NCBI GenBank assembly: GCA_964016885.1
Contig: OZ024759.1
Location: 29,574,001 to 29,638,000 of the forward strand
From: Eledone cirrhosa
Taxonomy: Eukaryota
Length of the DNA stretch: 64,000 nt
Direction: 5' to 3'
The stretch's first letter is position 1. Every line of letters starts with the position of its first letter. Both the position numbers and the translations under genes were made by a program. The notes under the pieces were generated by a model. The model had not been told where the DNA came from. It worked only from the letters and a program-made list of their open reading frames with translations, and did no database searches. Below are positions 13,194 through 27,168 of the stretch, in pieces.

Positions 13194-13384
13194 CATATAC
13201 AGATATACATATAAATATATGTATATATGTATATATATATATTTATATATACTTTCTCACACACACACACACACACAATTTTCTCACTCACAGCCACACT
13301 CTCTCTTCCTCTCTCTCTCTTAATCTCATCTCAACATCAAACTTATCCGTTCTCCTAGTCTTTCTCTTCCTTTCTTTTCAACAG

Positions 13385-13529
13385 TGCTCGAAAACCTGTG
13401 GTCGAAATGCGGTGCGAGTCCGTGAGGTGATCTGTTACCATAAGGGCAGTGTCTCCAGCAAATGTGAGACCTCGGAAAAACCTCGTGCTGTTGAGGCCTG
13501 TCCATTATCCAAGTGTCCAGAAAGTGAAG
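13385..13529 (+). CDS. ADAMTSL2: ADAMTSL2-like exon (last TSP1 repeat)
   Basis: aacag|...|gttaat, 145 bp, phase 0-1; CSKTCGRNAVRVREVICYHKG...EACPLSKCPESE. Confidence 0.88.
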
Positions 13530-13974
13530 GTTAATTCAAATTAATCCTGTCTTTATTTGGAATTTTTCGATGAGGAATGAATGTATTTGTTGTATTTGTA
13601 TTATATATATATACCTATATATATATATATATAGGATCTATATAGGTATATATTATATATATATTGTATATATATATATATACAATATATATATAAATTA
13701 CAATATATATATATATATATATATATTGTAATTTATAAATATATATATATTGTATATATAAATATATATACATACACTATATATATATATATATACACAT
13801 ACAATATATATATATATACATATATTTAATGTTTCTTTTAAACATCTGATGTTTTGTCATCAGGCAGTGCTTTCTTTTACTATTTATATGTTGTAGTTGA
13901 AACTGAACTGATTGAAGTACAGATAAACTATTGAACGGGTGTTGGTTTCTCATCTTAACCTCACCATGAACAGA

Positions 13975-14495
13975 ACTCTACACTTACTTCTTAACCATCT
14001 AAATACACGCCCCTCCCAAAAGTCTATATACACTCACTTCTCAAATGTTTAAATACACTTACCCCTCAAATATCTACATACACTTACCTCTAAACTGTCT
14101 TACTACACTTACCTCTCAAACGCCTAAACACACTTACTACACTTATCTCTCAACTGCCTAAATAGACTTCCTTATCAACTGTCCAGATACACTTATTTCT
14201 CAAATGCCTAAATACACTTCCTTCTCAACCGTCTAGATACACTTATTTCTCAAATGTCTTAATACACTCACTTCTCGACTGTCAAAATACACTTACATCT
14301 CAAATGTCTAAATACACTTCCTACTCAATTGCCTAGATAAATTTATTTCTCAACTGCTTAGATACACTTACTTCTCAACTGGCTAAATACACTTACCTCT
14401 CAAATGTCTAAATACACTTCCGTCTCAATTGTCTAAATACACTTCTTTCTCAACTGGCTTGATATACTTATTGCTCAACTGTCTTACTACACTTA
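13975..14495. repeat. Degenerate ~25-bp tandem repeat
   Basis: Recurrent aatacacttacttctcaactgtcta-like units. Confidence 0.8.
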
Positions 14496-14535
14496 AATGA
14501 AAGTTAAACATAATGTGTCTGTATATTCTCCACAG

Positions 14536-14678
14536 GAGAGTGTGAAGATGACGCTGCCATCAACTGCCATTTTGTGAAGCGAATACAGCAATGTCAGAGT
14601 TCATATTTTAAGAAAGTCTGTTGTAAGACTTGCCGAGACAGGTCACGTGAACAAGGTGACAATGGATTCGTGGAATGA
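14536..14678 (+). CDS. ADAMTSL2: ADAMTSL2-like terminal exon (PLAC domain, stop codon)
   Basis: cacag| in phase 1; GECEDDAAINCHFVKRIQQCQSSYFKKVCCKTCRDRSREQGDNGFVE* shows the six-Cys PLAC pattern. Confidence 0.9.
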
Positions 14679-15005
14679 CTTCCCTCCTCACACACCACAC
14701 CAAACAGAATATGGACTTGGTTTTTGCAGAATCTCATCTGAAGGTTTATAAAAACCTTTCAAATGTGCAATGTCCCAGGTTTGGTGAAATGGATTTAGGG
14801 CAATACAGGGGTCAGGAAGGTGGTTTATATATTTTAAATTTCAGTTATGAAAGATGAGAGGAGATAGAGAAATTATAAATACAAAAAACAAAAAACAAAT
14901 AAAAAAACAATTAAATACATGCATGAGCACACACACACCATTATATGCATGGACACACAAACATATATATATGTGAGAAGCTTGATAATAGAGTGAGAGA
15001 AGTAT

Positions 15006-15038
<33 letters not shown>

Positions 15039-15056
15039 CGTATACATACATGCATA

Positions 15057-15089
<33 letters not shown>

Positions 15090-15325
15090 ACGGAGGAAGT
15101 GTGGTAAGGAACCAGATGGACCATAACACACCAGAGTACTCAATACTTAGGGTAGTAGAGTGGGTAATAGGAAAATGTTTAACTCCGACGGCAGAGCTCG
15201 AGCCGTTTCGATGGCTATTTCTGGTCCAGAAACATTTTCCTATATATATATTTATTATGTATATATATATATATATTTATTATATTTATATATATTTTTA
15301 TTATGTATATATATCTATCTATCTA

Positions 15326-15375
<50 letters not shown>

Positions 15376-15538
15376 AGAGTATTTAGGTTTGCTTGAAGCA
15401 TTGTGGAATATGAAAAATGGTCATTTTGGAAGCCTCTACAATGTAGTCAGGTAAATCTCTGGGTAACAGACCAGGTGTCACCTGACTTTGCTACCCAGAG
15501 ATTTACCCATCTGCATTGTAGAGGCTTCCAAAAGGACC

Positions 15539-15587
<49 letters not shown>

Positions 15588-16183
15588 ATATATATATATA
15601 TATAAAATAATACATATATACATATTATATATATATACATATATATATAATATATTCACACATGCTGGTTACTATAGCTGGATGCGTTTTCTAAGACCAA
15701 CTACATTTACATAAGTGTATAAGTATATATGTATGTGTCACGAGAAACAAGATGGCAGATTTGAAACTTATGGATTCCGGTTTTGTGAAAAAATATGAAG
15801 TTTTCTAAAAGAATTGCTATAAATACGACAGCACAATGGAATTGGTTGCTCTTTGATATTTAGAGCAATAACCATGATAGATTCTTCATTGATATTGATT
15901 TAAATATCAAAGAGCATTATATTCTATCTTATCATTGCATTTATACCAATTCCTAACTATTTTCTTTTAAAAAAAACACAAACATATGACACACATTCGT
16001 ATATATATATGCACAAATAAATATATGTATATATATAAATATATATATGTTTATATATATATGTATATATATAAATATATATATATGTTTATATATATAT
16101 GTTTATATATATATATATATTTATTTATATATATATATATGTATATATATGTTTATATATATATGTGTGTGTGTGTGTGTAAA

Positions 16184-16216
<33 letters not shown>

Positions 16217-16446
16217 TTAAAGCGATGAAATGCCTATGATGGTTGGAAGACCACTGATGAAGGACAAACTTTTTTCATATGTAACCCATTTGCAACTCTG
16301 CAGCGTCCTTATTATCATATATATATATTATATATGTATATATAAATCTCTCTCTATATATATATATTTATATATATAAACATACATATATATATATAAT
16401 CTTGCAAAACAAATTCAAAAACGAAGTAGATGTATATATATATATA

Positions 16447-16736
16447 TTGTTATACTTTGGGAGGGTCATGTTGCCAATAAGAAACACACGCACCAGTTGC
16501 TTTCACTTCAATTTATTATAAATTAAATTTATAAATTTAGGAATTTATAAATTTCCAGTTGGTTGGTTGACAATATATGAACAATCGTCTGGTTGTGGAA
16601 CCAACCAACCAACCGGAAATTTATAAATTCCTAAATTTATAAATTTAAGTGGCAACATGACCCTCCCAAAGTATAACAATATCGGTTTCAACACACGTTT
16701 TCAGATAAAGAATCTTGCTAAACAAATTCAAAAACG

Positions 16737-16740
<4 letters not shown>
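16447..16740 (+). mobile_element. Fold-back element, family H (second copy, internally deleted)
   Basis: Same arm start (ttgttatactttggg) and same tail (...caaaaacgaaat) as 12541-13110. Confidence 0.65.
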
Positions 16741-16770
<30 letters not shown>

Positions 16771-17344
16771 GGAAAAAATGAAATGAAATTTCATTTCCCA
16801 CTCTTAGTACGGCTGTTACTTAAATATAAGTATGTACACGTACATACATATATGTATACAGACATACAGTAGTATGTATATATATATGTACGTATGGATT
16901 CACCGAACATTTATTATAATGCTTGGTGTGTTTGTAAACAAACATCCCGTATTAAGCCGTAGTGTCTAGCAACCATCGTTGCTCGTTTGTTCAACACTGA
17001 CAAAGGAATATACACACACATACACACATATGCACACATACTCACACACGGACACAGACATACACACACATACACACATATACACACATACTCACACTCA
17101 GACACAGACATACACACACACACACACACACATACACACAGATACACACACATACACACCACAGTCATACACTAAATTCAAAATACTTTCAATATGTCAG
17201 AATCTAAACAATATGAAAAACACAAAGAAGTAGCATGAGTTTCATTGCACATTTTCTTTAACTATATATAATACTTATAATATATATAAATATATATAAG
17301 ATATAAACAATATAGATGATTAAAGCTCTTCCTTAAAACCACTC

Positions 17345-17402
17345 CATATATATGTATGTATGTGTATATATACATATGTATATATGTATAAATAAATATA
17401 TT

Positions 17403-17450
<48 letters not shown>

Positions 17451-17555
17451 TATATATAAATATATATATATAAATATAGATCTATATACTTATATACATA
17501 TATATACACACATATATATATATATATACATACATATATATATATATACATATAC

Positions 17556-17588
<33 letters not shown>

Positions 17589-17949
17589 CATATATATGCA
17601 TTCATATATATATACATATATATGTATATATATACATATATATGCATATATATACATACATATATATACATATATGTACATACATACATATATATACATA
17701 TGCATATATGTACATACATACATATATATACATATGCATATATGTACATACATACATATATATACACATATATATATATACATATATACACATATATATA
17801 TATACATACATATATATATACACACATATATATATACATATATATATATACATATATATATACATACATATATATATATATACATATATATATACATATA
17901 TATATATACATATATATATACATACATATATATATATATACATATATAT

Positions 17950-17998
<49 letters not shown>

Positions 17999-18025
17999 CA
18001 TGCATATATATATATATATACATGC

Positions 18026-18056
<31 letters not shown>

Positions 18057-18122
18057 CATACATATACATATATATATACATATATATATACATATATACA
18101 TATATATATACATATATATATA

Positions 18123-18158
<36 letters not shown>

Positions 18159-18227
18159 TATATACATATATATATACATATATATGCATATATATATGTA
18201 TATACATGTATATACCTGTATACATAC

Positions 18228-18279
<52 letters not shown>

Positions 18280-18330
18280 GTATATATATACACATATATA
18301 TATATATACACACATATATATATATATATA
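17345..18330. repeat. Long compound (TA)n/(TACA)n microsatellite, representative of dozens in the window
   Basis: About 1 kb made almost only of TA/CA dinucleotides. Confidence 0.98.
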
Positions 18331-18587
18331 AAAATGGTCAGTAAAATAAACTATTGAATATAAATATTATTGCTTAATATATGTAACAGTTTTATATATC
18401 ATTAAATTTGAGTTCAGTCAAAAATTTAGTTGTTTCTGTTTGTTTTGTCATTCATTTACGTTTCTTAGTGTTTGTAATATTTTCCTTCTGTTAATATATA
18501 TGATATATATTTACATTGATATAATATATTTATATTGATATATATTATTGATACATATATATTGATATATATATATATGTAAAATAC

Positions 18588-18642
<55 letters not shown>

Positions 18643-18894
18643 AAATAAATAATCAATATATATATATATATAAATAAATATATATGTCGATATATATGTA
18701 AAATATGTATGCATATATATATATATATTGATTATTTATTTTAGATATATATATGTTTATTTTGTATATATATATATATGTCAAGCAATTTCTAGTTGAT
18801 ATAAAATGCTCGGATCTATTCATTGGAATCTTTGAGCATATTCTACAGTGGATATGGCCCATGTCTCTCAGACATGACACCCTTAATTTAATTT

Positions 18895-18948
<54 letters not shown>

Positions 18949-19164
18949 ATATATAATGTATGTAAATAAATATGCATGCATACACATACACACACATTAT
19001 ATATATATATAAATATATATAATTGTATAAATACAATATATCTATACGTATATATATATATATATATATATCAACATCATCGTGATCGTTTAACATGGAA
19101 GATAGACGTTAAACAATGATGATGATGATGATGATATATATACATGTATTATATAATATATATG

Positions 19165-19470
19165 TAGTGAACCAAGTAATACAAAATGGGGTCATACCCA
19201 ATGACTGGTATAACTGCATCATCATCACCTGCTACAAGGGCAAGGGAGATGCTCTAGGCAGAGAAAACTATCGAGACATTAAGTCGGTTGACAAGGTCAT
19301 GAAGGTCACAGAAAGAATTATAGTGCAGCTGATTAGTGACTGAATTACCCTTGATGATATGAAGTTTTGATTTGTGTCAGGTAAAAGTACACTGGTTGCC
19401 CTCTTCCTTGTGAGGCTACTGCAGGAGAATTACCTAGCTAAAAGTAAACCCCTCTACTTAGCTTTTGTTT
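19165..19470 (+). mobile_element. RTE reverse transcriptase fragment
   Basis: VVNQVIQNGVIPNDWYNCIIITCYKGKGDALGRENYRDIK..., homologous to 47195-47500 of the intact LINE. Confidence 0.85.
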
Positions 19471-20016
19471 TAGTCATGTAATGGGTTTAGCTGTACTCAC
19501 CACAGATGGTCAATTGCAGGTTGGTGAAGATATTTAACCCATAGCTGGGGTGGATGGTTGTTGACTCTGACGAGTTCATCTGCCATTTTAATAGCTCTTT
19601 TTTTTTTTTGTTATTTTCAGGAAGTTTACTGTACAATAAATAAAACAAATTTGAGGCACAGAAATCCACAGAAACTATAAGGGACCAGAAATAAATGCAA
19701 GGGGTTAGCAGTGAATATTTATTCCAGATTTTTGGGCTTTTTTTTTTGTTAAATTTAATAAATTCAGATCAACATTTATTAACAAGAAGTTGAAAAGTAT
19801 TATATTTCAAGAATTCAAGATATTACCTGCAAATTGTATAAAGTTATTTTCATTTGAAAGAAGAAGAAAAAAACAACAACAAAAAAATAAATGAAGAAAC
19901 AAAATAAAACAAATAAAATGTTTATAAGTTATCTAGATGTTTTCTTTGCATTACAAGATAAATTTTTTTTGTTACATATTGTAATGTTTTAATAATAATT
20001 ATAATGGAAATAATAA

Positions 20017-20205
20017 TTGTTTCTACTTTAGGCACAAGGCCAGCAATTACCCCAGTGTATTACTGGTACTTTATTTTATCGATCGCGTAAGGATGAAAGG
20101 CAAAGTTAACCACGGCGGGATTGAACTCAGAACGTAAAGGGCCGTAACTCTATGCTGCAAAGCACAGTGTCCGACACTCTACTGATACTGCCAATCCACT
20201 GCCCT
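20017..20205 (-). mobile_element. tRNA-derived SINE family 2 (Meta-domain-like)
   Basis: Minus strand has box A tggcagtatc.gtagag, box B gagttcaa, central gcctttcatcct...tcgataaaataaagtaccag and an (att)n tail. Confidence 0.8.
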
Positions 20206-20770
20206 AATAATAATAATAACAACAACAACAACAACAACAACAATTATAATGCTCATACCCAAGACACACAGAGCCGTGCTCGATAAAGCAATAATTATGC
20301 ACAATAAAAATAATAATAATTGGAATAACTACAATAATAAAGAATATTTTAAAAAGTTTTCATTTTAATCAGTCCGCAGAGAATTTTCTTGTCAACATTT
20401 TGTTATATTTTTTTTTTTTTTATAAAGAAATATCCGAGATTATTTTTGTTTTTGCCTTTGTTTTTATTTTGTTGCATATTTTTTATTTTTGCATTTTTTA
20501 AAATTTTATTATTTTTTTACCATTTTTACATTTTTTAAAATGTATGTCTTTAAAAAAAAAAATTGTTTCCACATTTTAATTTTTATTTTATTTTATTTTA
20601 TTTTATTTTATTTTATTTTGTTTCATACTTCATTTTGTTTAATTTAATTTAATTTAATTTAATTTATATTTTTCTAGAAGTTTGATCACTGTTCGCTTTG
20701 AGAGCACTGATTTACATAATGTAGATAGTTGTATAACACATGACAATAATAATAATAATAATAATAATAA

Positions 20771-21873
20771 TGGTTTCTAGAATGGGCACAAGGCCAGAAA
20801 TTTTTGGGGAAGGGGAAAGTTGATTAAATCAACCCCAGTGCATTACTGGTACTTTATTTTATCGACGCTGTAAGGATGAAAGGCAAAGCTAACCTCGGCG
20901 AGATTTGAAATCAGAACATAAAGGGTCGTAACTATGCTGCAAAGCATGGCGTCCGATCCTCTACCGATACTGCCAATCCACTGCCCTTAATAATAATAAT
21001 AATAATGAAAATAATAAGAATAATTTACTGAAAAACTGTTGAGATTGTACCAGTGGTAGTATGGGGGGTACTCTTGGTTAGTTGGAGAAAGTTAGGATAA
21101 AAAAAACAAACAGAACTAATACAGAAAAACCACGGATTGGCAGTATCAGTAGAGCGTCGGACACCATGCTTTGCAGCACAGAGTTGTGGCCCTTTATTGT
21201 GGCCCTTTACGTTCTGAGTTCAAATCTCGTCGAGGTTAACTTTGCCTTTCATCCTTATGGGGGGTCGATAAAATAAAGTACCAGTAATGAACTGGGGGTA
21301 TTTGCTGGCCTTGTGCCAAAAGTAGAAACACATTACTAGGAACTGTCAGGATCTTAAAGAAGGGGCCAGAACTTTGAGCTGATGAAAAAATCCTAAAGGA
21401 CCTTTTATCATTGGTTATGTCTCACTCCTGGAATTGGAAATATTAACATAGGATCTGATTGTGATAGGAATAATGATGATGATGATGATTCACTGCCCAT
21501 TTATAATAATAGTAATAATAATAATAATAATAATAATTGTTTCTACTTTAGGCACAAGGCCAGCAATTTGAAGGGGAGGGGAAAGTCGATTAAATCGATC
21601 CCAGTGCATTACTGGTACTTTATTTTATCAACCCTGTAAGGATGAAAGGCAAAGTTAACCTCAGCAGGATTTGAAATAAGAAAATAAAGGGCCATAACTC
21701 TGTGCCACAAAGCATGGTGTCTGACTCTCTACCGACACTGCCAATCCCCAACCCGAATAATAAATAATAATAATAATAATAATTGTTGCTACTTTAGGCA
21801 GAAGGCCAGCAAATACCCAGTGCATTACTGGTACTTTATTTTATCAACCCCGTAAGGATGAAAGGCAAAGTCA
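20771..21873. mobile_element. Cluster of SINE family 2 copies (20771-20988 -, 21131-21330 +, 21537-21755 -, 21783-21873 - partial)
   Basis: Repeated homology to 20017-20205, flanked by (aat)n. Confidence 0.8.
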
Positions 21874-22467
21874 ATAATAATAATAATGAAAATAATGACA
21901 GCAGAAAGAACAATAATATTAAAGGGTTATATAATAATAAACAGAATTTGTTGAGTTATGTTGTTGAATTAGTCACATAAGTTACAGTATAAACATAGAA
22001 TTGGTAGCAAAAGACAGGTCAATGTTAATTATCTAATAAATATTCCTACCACTTTATAATATTGGTAAGAAACTCTCAGGAGAGTGAGACAGCAGATCTT
22101 CAGAGAAGAAGAAACCTCATTCAAGCAAGTGTTAAAAAAGCTAGTATACATATATATGCTTAGATGATGAGGGACCTTGATGAATGGAGAGAATCTTTGC
22201 TGAAGAGGACCTATCCCACTCTTGCAAACAGGGAAAAGCAGACGTAAAATGATGATGATGATATACATATATATATATATATGAAACACAAATTAAAATT
22301 TTGAAGACCAACACAATACATGTGGAGAATTGCTAAGTTAAGATTCTTTTGTTATCTTGGCAATTTAACATTCTCCACACGCATTGTGTTGGTCTTCAAA
22401 ATTTAAATTTGTGTTTCCTATTAAACAATGCTTCAAGCAAGTTCCAAAACTCTGATATATATATATA

Positions 22468-22825
22468 TGGATGTGCAATGTCAATGTGCGGGAACAACCA
22501 AGCATAGACGAGTTGAGAAAGAAAGTGGGTATAAGAGGGATAAGTTGTGGTGTGCAGGAGAGAAGGCTGAGATGGTATGGACATGTGATGCACATGGAGG
22601 ATGACCGATTGGTGAAGAAGTGCCAGGAAGTCCCAGTGGAGGGAAGACGCAGTAGAGGTAGACCACGAAAAACATGGGCGGTGGTAGTGAGAGCAGACCT
22701 CAGATCGCTGAAACTCACCAAGGAGATGACGAAGGACCGTGATGGGTGGAGAGATGCTGTGCTGAATAGGACCCGTCCAACCCTTGCAAGCAAGGAAAAG
22801 TGGACGTAAAATGATGATGATGGTG
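22468..22825 (+). mobile_element. 5'-truncated RTE LINE 3' end (family 2)
   Basis: ERRLRWYGHVMHMEDDRLVKKC...RSRGRPRKTW...DRDGWR and a (gat)n tail; related fragments at 1515-1625, 24480-24783, 32775-32945 (-) and 56285-56590 (-). Confidence 0.9.
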
Positions 22826-22954
22826 ATGATATGTCTGGCACTAGTTGTTGAAATGGCAAGAGCTCAGTTGTTGGGTACCAACTCTTTATAATATATATAT
22901 ATATACACATACACACATGTTAATATATACTTACACACATATATAGTGAAATAT

Positions 22955-23378
22955 GTACGATGACAGATAGAAGCTGATGTATGTCTTGTGGAGTGAGGTC
23001 AAAGCAGTGTATGTTGTATGAAATGATGCAGTCAGTCGCTAGGTTGATCGCCGCTGGACGAGCGGGTACTGTCGTGTAGAGGGAGACAACGTCAATACTA
23101 AAAGCATATCTGTTGAGTTTAAGTTGGTTAGGTTGTAGTTGATGTAGTCTTTGTATGACTTTATCGGAGCTTCTGACATGTCTAGGAAAAGTAGCAAGCA
23201 TAAGCTTCAGGATCTGGGAGAGAAACCAGGAGATTTTATAGAGAGGTCCTTCTATACTCGAGACAATTGGTCTAATCTGTAGATTAACACTGGTTTTGTG
23301 GGCTGTAATGAGGTGGTAGGATGTTAGTAGTCTAGTGTTTCTGGTGGTGTGGTTATTTTTATATTTGTTGGGGAGTTG
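22955..23378 (-). mobile_element. Penelope-like element reverse transcriptase fragment
   Basis: QIRPIVSSIEGPLYKISWFLSQILKLML...FSIDVVSLYTTVP carries the PLE RT motifs RPIVS and S.DV.SLYT.VP; flanked by TA tracts. Confidence 0.85.
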
Positions 23379-23499
23379 TATATATATATATATATATATA
23401 AACCCATGCTAGTGTGGAAGATGGACATTAAACGATGATGATGATGATGATGATATATTGTATATATATATATTTATATATATATACATATATATACTG

Positions 23500-23532
<33 letters not shown>

Positions 23533-23661
23533 ATAAATATATATACTGTATATATATATATATAACAATATATACTGTATATATATTTATATATATGTAT
23601 ATAAATATATATACATATATATATTGTATATATATATATTTATATATAAGCATATATGTAA

Positions 23662-23745
<84 letters not shown>

Positions 23746-24066
23746 GTAAATATATATACATATATATATTGTATATATATTTATATATATGTGTAAGTAC
23801 AACAATAACAAATTCGAACTGCTTATATTTATATATATACATATATGTAAATATATATACATATATATATATTATATATATATATATACAAGAGTAATAT
23901 GTTGTGAGATCAACCTTATTGAGATATGTCAAATACTTTCAAGTACAATGTGTTTCCACAATCAGAAAGTGTTATTAAGCTGATATGTAACCCATAGGTT
24001 AAATACACCAAATATTGTAATAAACCAAGCATGGATTTAGATATAATAGCATTTATCAATCTTAAA

Positions 24067-24371
24067 TACGAGCGTACACTGAAAGGTTCATAGGCTGACT
24101 ATGAAGCAATGATGCTAGAGCTGCGAAATCTTGCATACATTAATTTCAACTCTTCTTATTAATAACTGCATTGTTTATTTCCAAGGACTATGTTGGAAAA
24201 TAAACCTCATTTGGTCGTTCCATGAGAGTATCTTGGTCAGCCAATTAACTTTTCAGCTTATTTCAGCTGTTATTAATAACTGCATTGTATCTTTCCAATG
24301 ACTATATTGGAAAATAAACCTCATTTGGTCGTTCCATGAGAGTATCTTGGTCAGCCAATGAACTATTCAGC
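24067..24371. mobile_element. Tc1/mariner-like non-autonomous element with duplicated right end
   Basis: Begins ta-cgag...ctgaaaggttcataggctgac; the complementary gtcagccaatgaact.ttcagc occurs twice through a ~115-bp direct repeat. Confidence 0.55.
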
Positions 24372-24854
24372 TTTCCAGGGACTATGAAAATAAATGTATA
24401 GAGGGACATCTAGAAGAGAATCTCTTAAAAGGATAAATGCAGATATTACACTCCCTTATTAATAATATTGATATATACAAGAGGGATAAGTTGTGGGGTG
24501 CAGGAGAGAAGACTGTGTTGGTAAGGACATGTGATGCACATTGAGGTAGACCAGTGGGTAAAGAAGTGCCAAGAAATCCCAGTAGAAGGAAGACGCAGTA
24601 GAGGAAGACCATGAAAAACATGGGCGGAGGTGGTGAGAGCAGACCTCAGATGCTGAAGCTCATGGGGGAGATGACGAAGGACCATAACAAGTGGAGAGAT
24701 GCTGTGCTGAACAGGACCCATCCCACCCTTACAAGTAGGGAAAAGCAGACGTAAAATGATGATGTTGATGATGATGATGATGACCTTTTGAAATGAAAAT
24801 TAATATACACCCAGTCAACTCTGTAAAGGTGGCAGGATCGGTGTCATGATAAAA

Positions 24855-25220
24855 TGCTCTCAGTACACTCTGTAAAGTGTTTGGCATTAGGAAGGGTATC
24901 CAGGCATAGAAACTATGCTCCCAGTATTCACTGCAAAGTGGTTGGCATTAGGAAGGGCATCCAGCCATAGAAACCATACTCCCAATACACTCTGTAAAGT
25001 GGTTGGCTTTAGGAAGGACAACTAGCAATAGAAACCATGCTCCCAGTATACTCTGTAAAATGGTTGGTGTTAGGAAAGGCACCCAGCTGTAGAAACCATG
25101 CTCTCAGTACATTCTATATATTGGTTGATGTCAGGGAAGGCAGCTAGTTGTAGAAACTATGCTCCCAGTATATGCTGTAAAATGGTTAGTATTAGGAAGG
25201 GTATCCAGCTGTAAAAACCA
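24855..25220 (+). repeat. About 61-bp tandem repeat (about 6 copies) derived from RTE 3' UTR
   Basis: Unit ctcccagtacactctgtaaagtggttggcattaggaagggcatccagccatagaaaccatg matches LINE 3' UTR 48850-48900. Confidence 0.8.
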
Positions 25221-25352
25221 AGCCAAAACAAAGTGTATAAGCATGACCTAGTCACCTGATCAGTCTGGCTTCAACGATGATGATGATGATTTACTAACAT
25301 ATAATGGTATCTTATAAAAAGAAAAAAAATGTTGAAATATCCTTATCTTTAA

Positions 25353-25583
25353 TCCTTTAGCATTTAAACCGGCCATATCCAGCCAGAACTCCCTCACCTC
25401 TTTCTGATCAAACTGGCTGTAACTGGCCACTTATGCTTACGTTAAGGTATTGTTCTCAAAATAAATAATATCAAAATCCCATAGATTCTTGTAGATTTGA
25501 TATTATGTGAGATAATTATGTGAGGTAAAGCCTTTACCATGAAAATATAATAGTAAATAGAGAGTAATGTAAATACTAAAGGG
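25353..25583 (-). mobile_element. piggyBac-like MITE (diverged copy)
   Basis: Reverse-complement homolog of 56626-56846. Confidence 0.7.
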
Positions 25584-25969
25584 TATATAATTTTAATCAG
25601 TTTTTCCGATGATTTGATTAGGTATACATTGTATTTAAAATTGAGTGACACAACTTCAAGTGATTAGCAATTTTTAGACAACCTAATCAACGAAACAATT
25701 GTTAATACTGTAAATAAAACCCTTTTTGTACTGTCGACCATGTTATTCTTCACTCTTTCACTATTATTACTCCAAGATTAACCTGCATGGGAATTCCCGA
25801 GAACTTACAAACTCACTACCTAAGGAAACCTCTTGTTGAGTCAAACAACGCTGTACGTTAAAACTATCCACAATACGGAGTATTCACAACCTCTAACTGG
25901 ATTTCCTATAATGATAATTTGTTATTCCATATATATATATATATGAATATTTATACATATATATATATA

Positions 25970-26660
25970 TGACTTCCACACCGATCTCAAGCTGTGGCAT
26001 GCCGCCCAGGCTTTGCTCTTCATTTCAACCACATCATCTTCCATATTCCCAATCTTTGCTCCCAAATACAGGAAGTCCTCAACCAATTCTAGCAGCTTCC
26101 TGCCTACATTAGTGATCCCCTCTGGCTTCTCAACATTTTCTACCAGATATTTTGTTTTAGTCTCATTCATTCTCAGCCCCGCACTCATCGACACAGTCTC
26201 AACCTCCTCCATCAAATCCTCTGCCTCCTTCACTGTATTTGCCACCAAAACTATGTCGTTGGTGTGGAAGTCAGACCTTCATAAAGACCTGAAAATCCGC
26301 CTCTTCATTGCTGTAGTGGAGTCTGTGCTGTTGTACGGGCCTGAGACTTGGACACTGACCAATAAACTCACTCAGATGGTGGATGGGTGCTACACGAGAA
26401 TGCTGAGGCTGGCTCTGAACATTAATCAGTATACACTGAGGATGAAAAACTCAGAGCTGTATGGGAGCCTCCCAAAAGTCAGCTCAAAAGTGACACAGAG
26501 GAGACTGAAGATAGCTGGACATGCTCACCGACATCCAGAGTTGATGCCCTAAGGACAGACACTGGTCTGTTGGAGATGCAGGACATGGCAGCGATAATGA
26601 GGGACAGAGACCGCTGGAGAGAACTCGTCCATGGATCTCGGGAATTTTACCCGGCCTAGA
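25970..26660 (+). mobile_element. RTE-clade LINE (family 3) with 5' inversion
   Basis: 25970-26260 on - encodes NDIVLVANT...GLRMNETKTKYL...DFLYLGA...SLRSVWKS; 26261-26660 on + continues VWKSDLHKDLKIRLFIAVVESVLLYGPETW; another copy at 45160-45520 (-). Confidence 0.85.
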
Positions 26661-26683
26661 AAATATATATTCATATATATATA

Positions 26684-26739
<56 letters not shown>

Positions 26740-27105
26740 AAAATATTCAAGACCCCGACGGCAGAGCTCAAGCCGTTTCGAAGGATATTTCTGGACACTG
26801 GTGCATGATGGTCCACCTGGTTCCTTACCACACTTCCTTTGTTATATATATATATATATATAGGAACGAGTAGGACCCCGACGGCTGAGCTCAAGCCGTT
26901 TCGACGGCTAATTCTGGACTCAGAGTCCAGAATTAGCCGTCGAAACTACCCACTCTACTACCCTAAGTATTGAGTACTTTGGTGCGTTATGGTCCACCTG
27001 GTTCCTTACCACATTTCCTCCGTTATATATATATATATATATATGAATATTTATACATATATATATATATGTATATACATATATATGAATATTTATACAT
27101 ATATA

Positions 27106-27168
<63 letters not shown>

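Noticed and set aside
16254-16270. Isolated ctgatga (also 58903, 60703)
   Set aside because: No correctly placed GAAA or stems, so not counted as hammerheads
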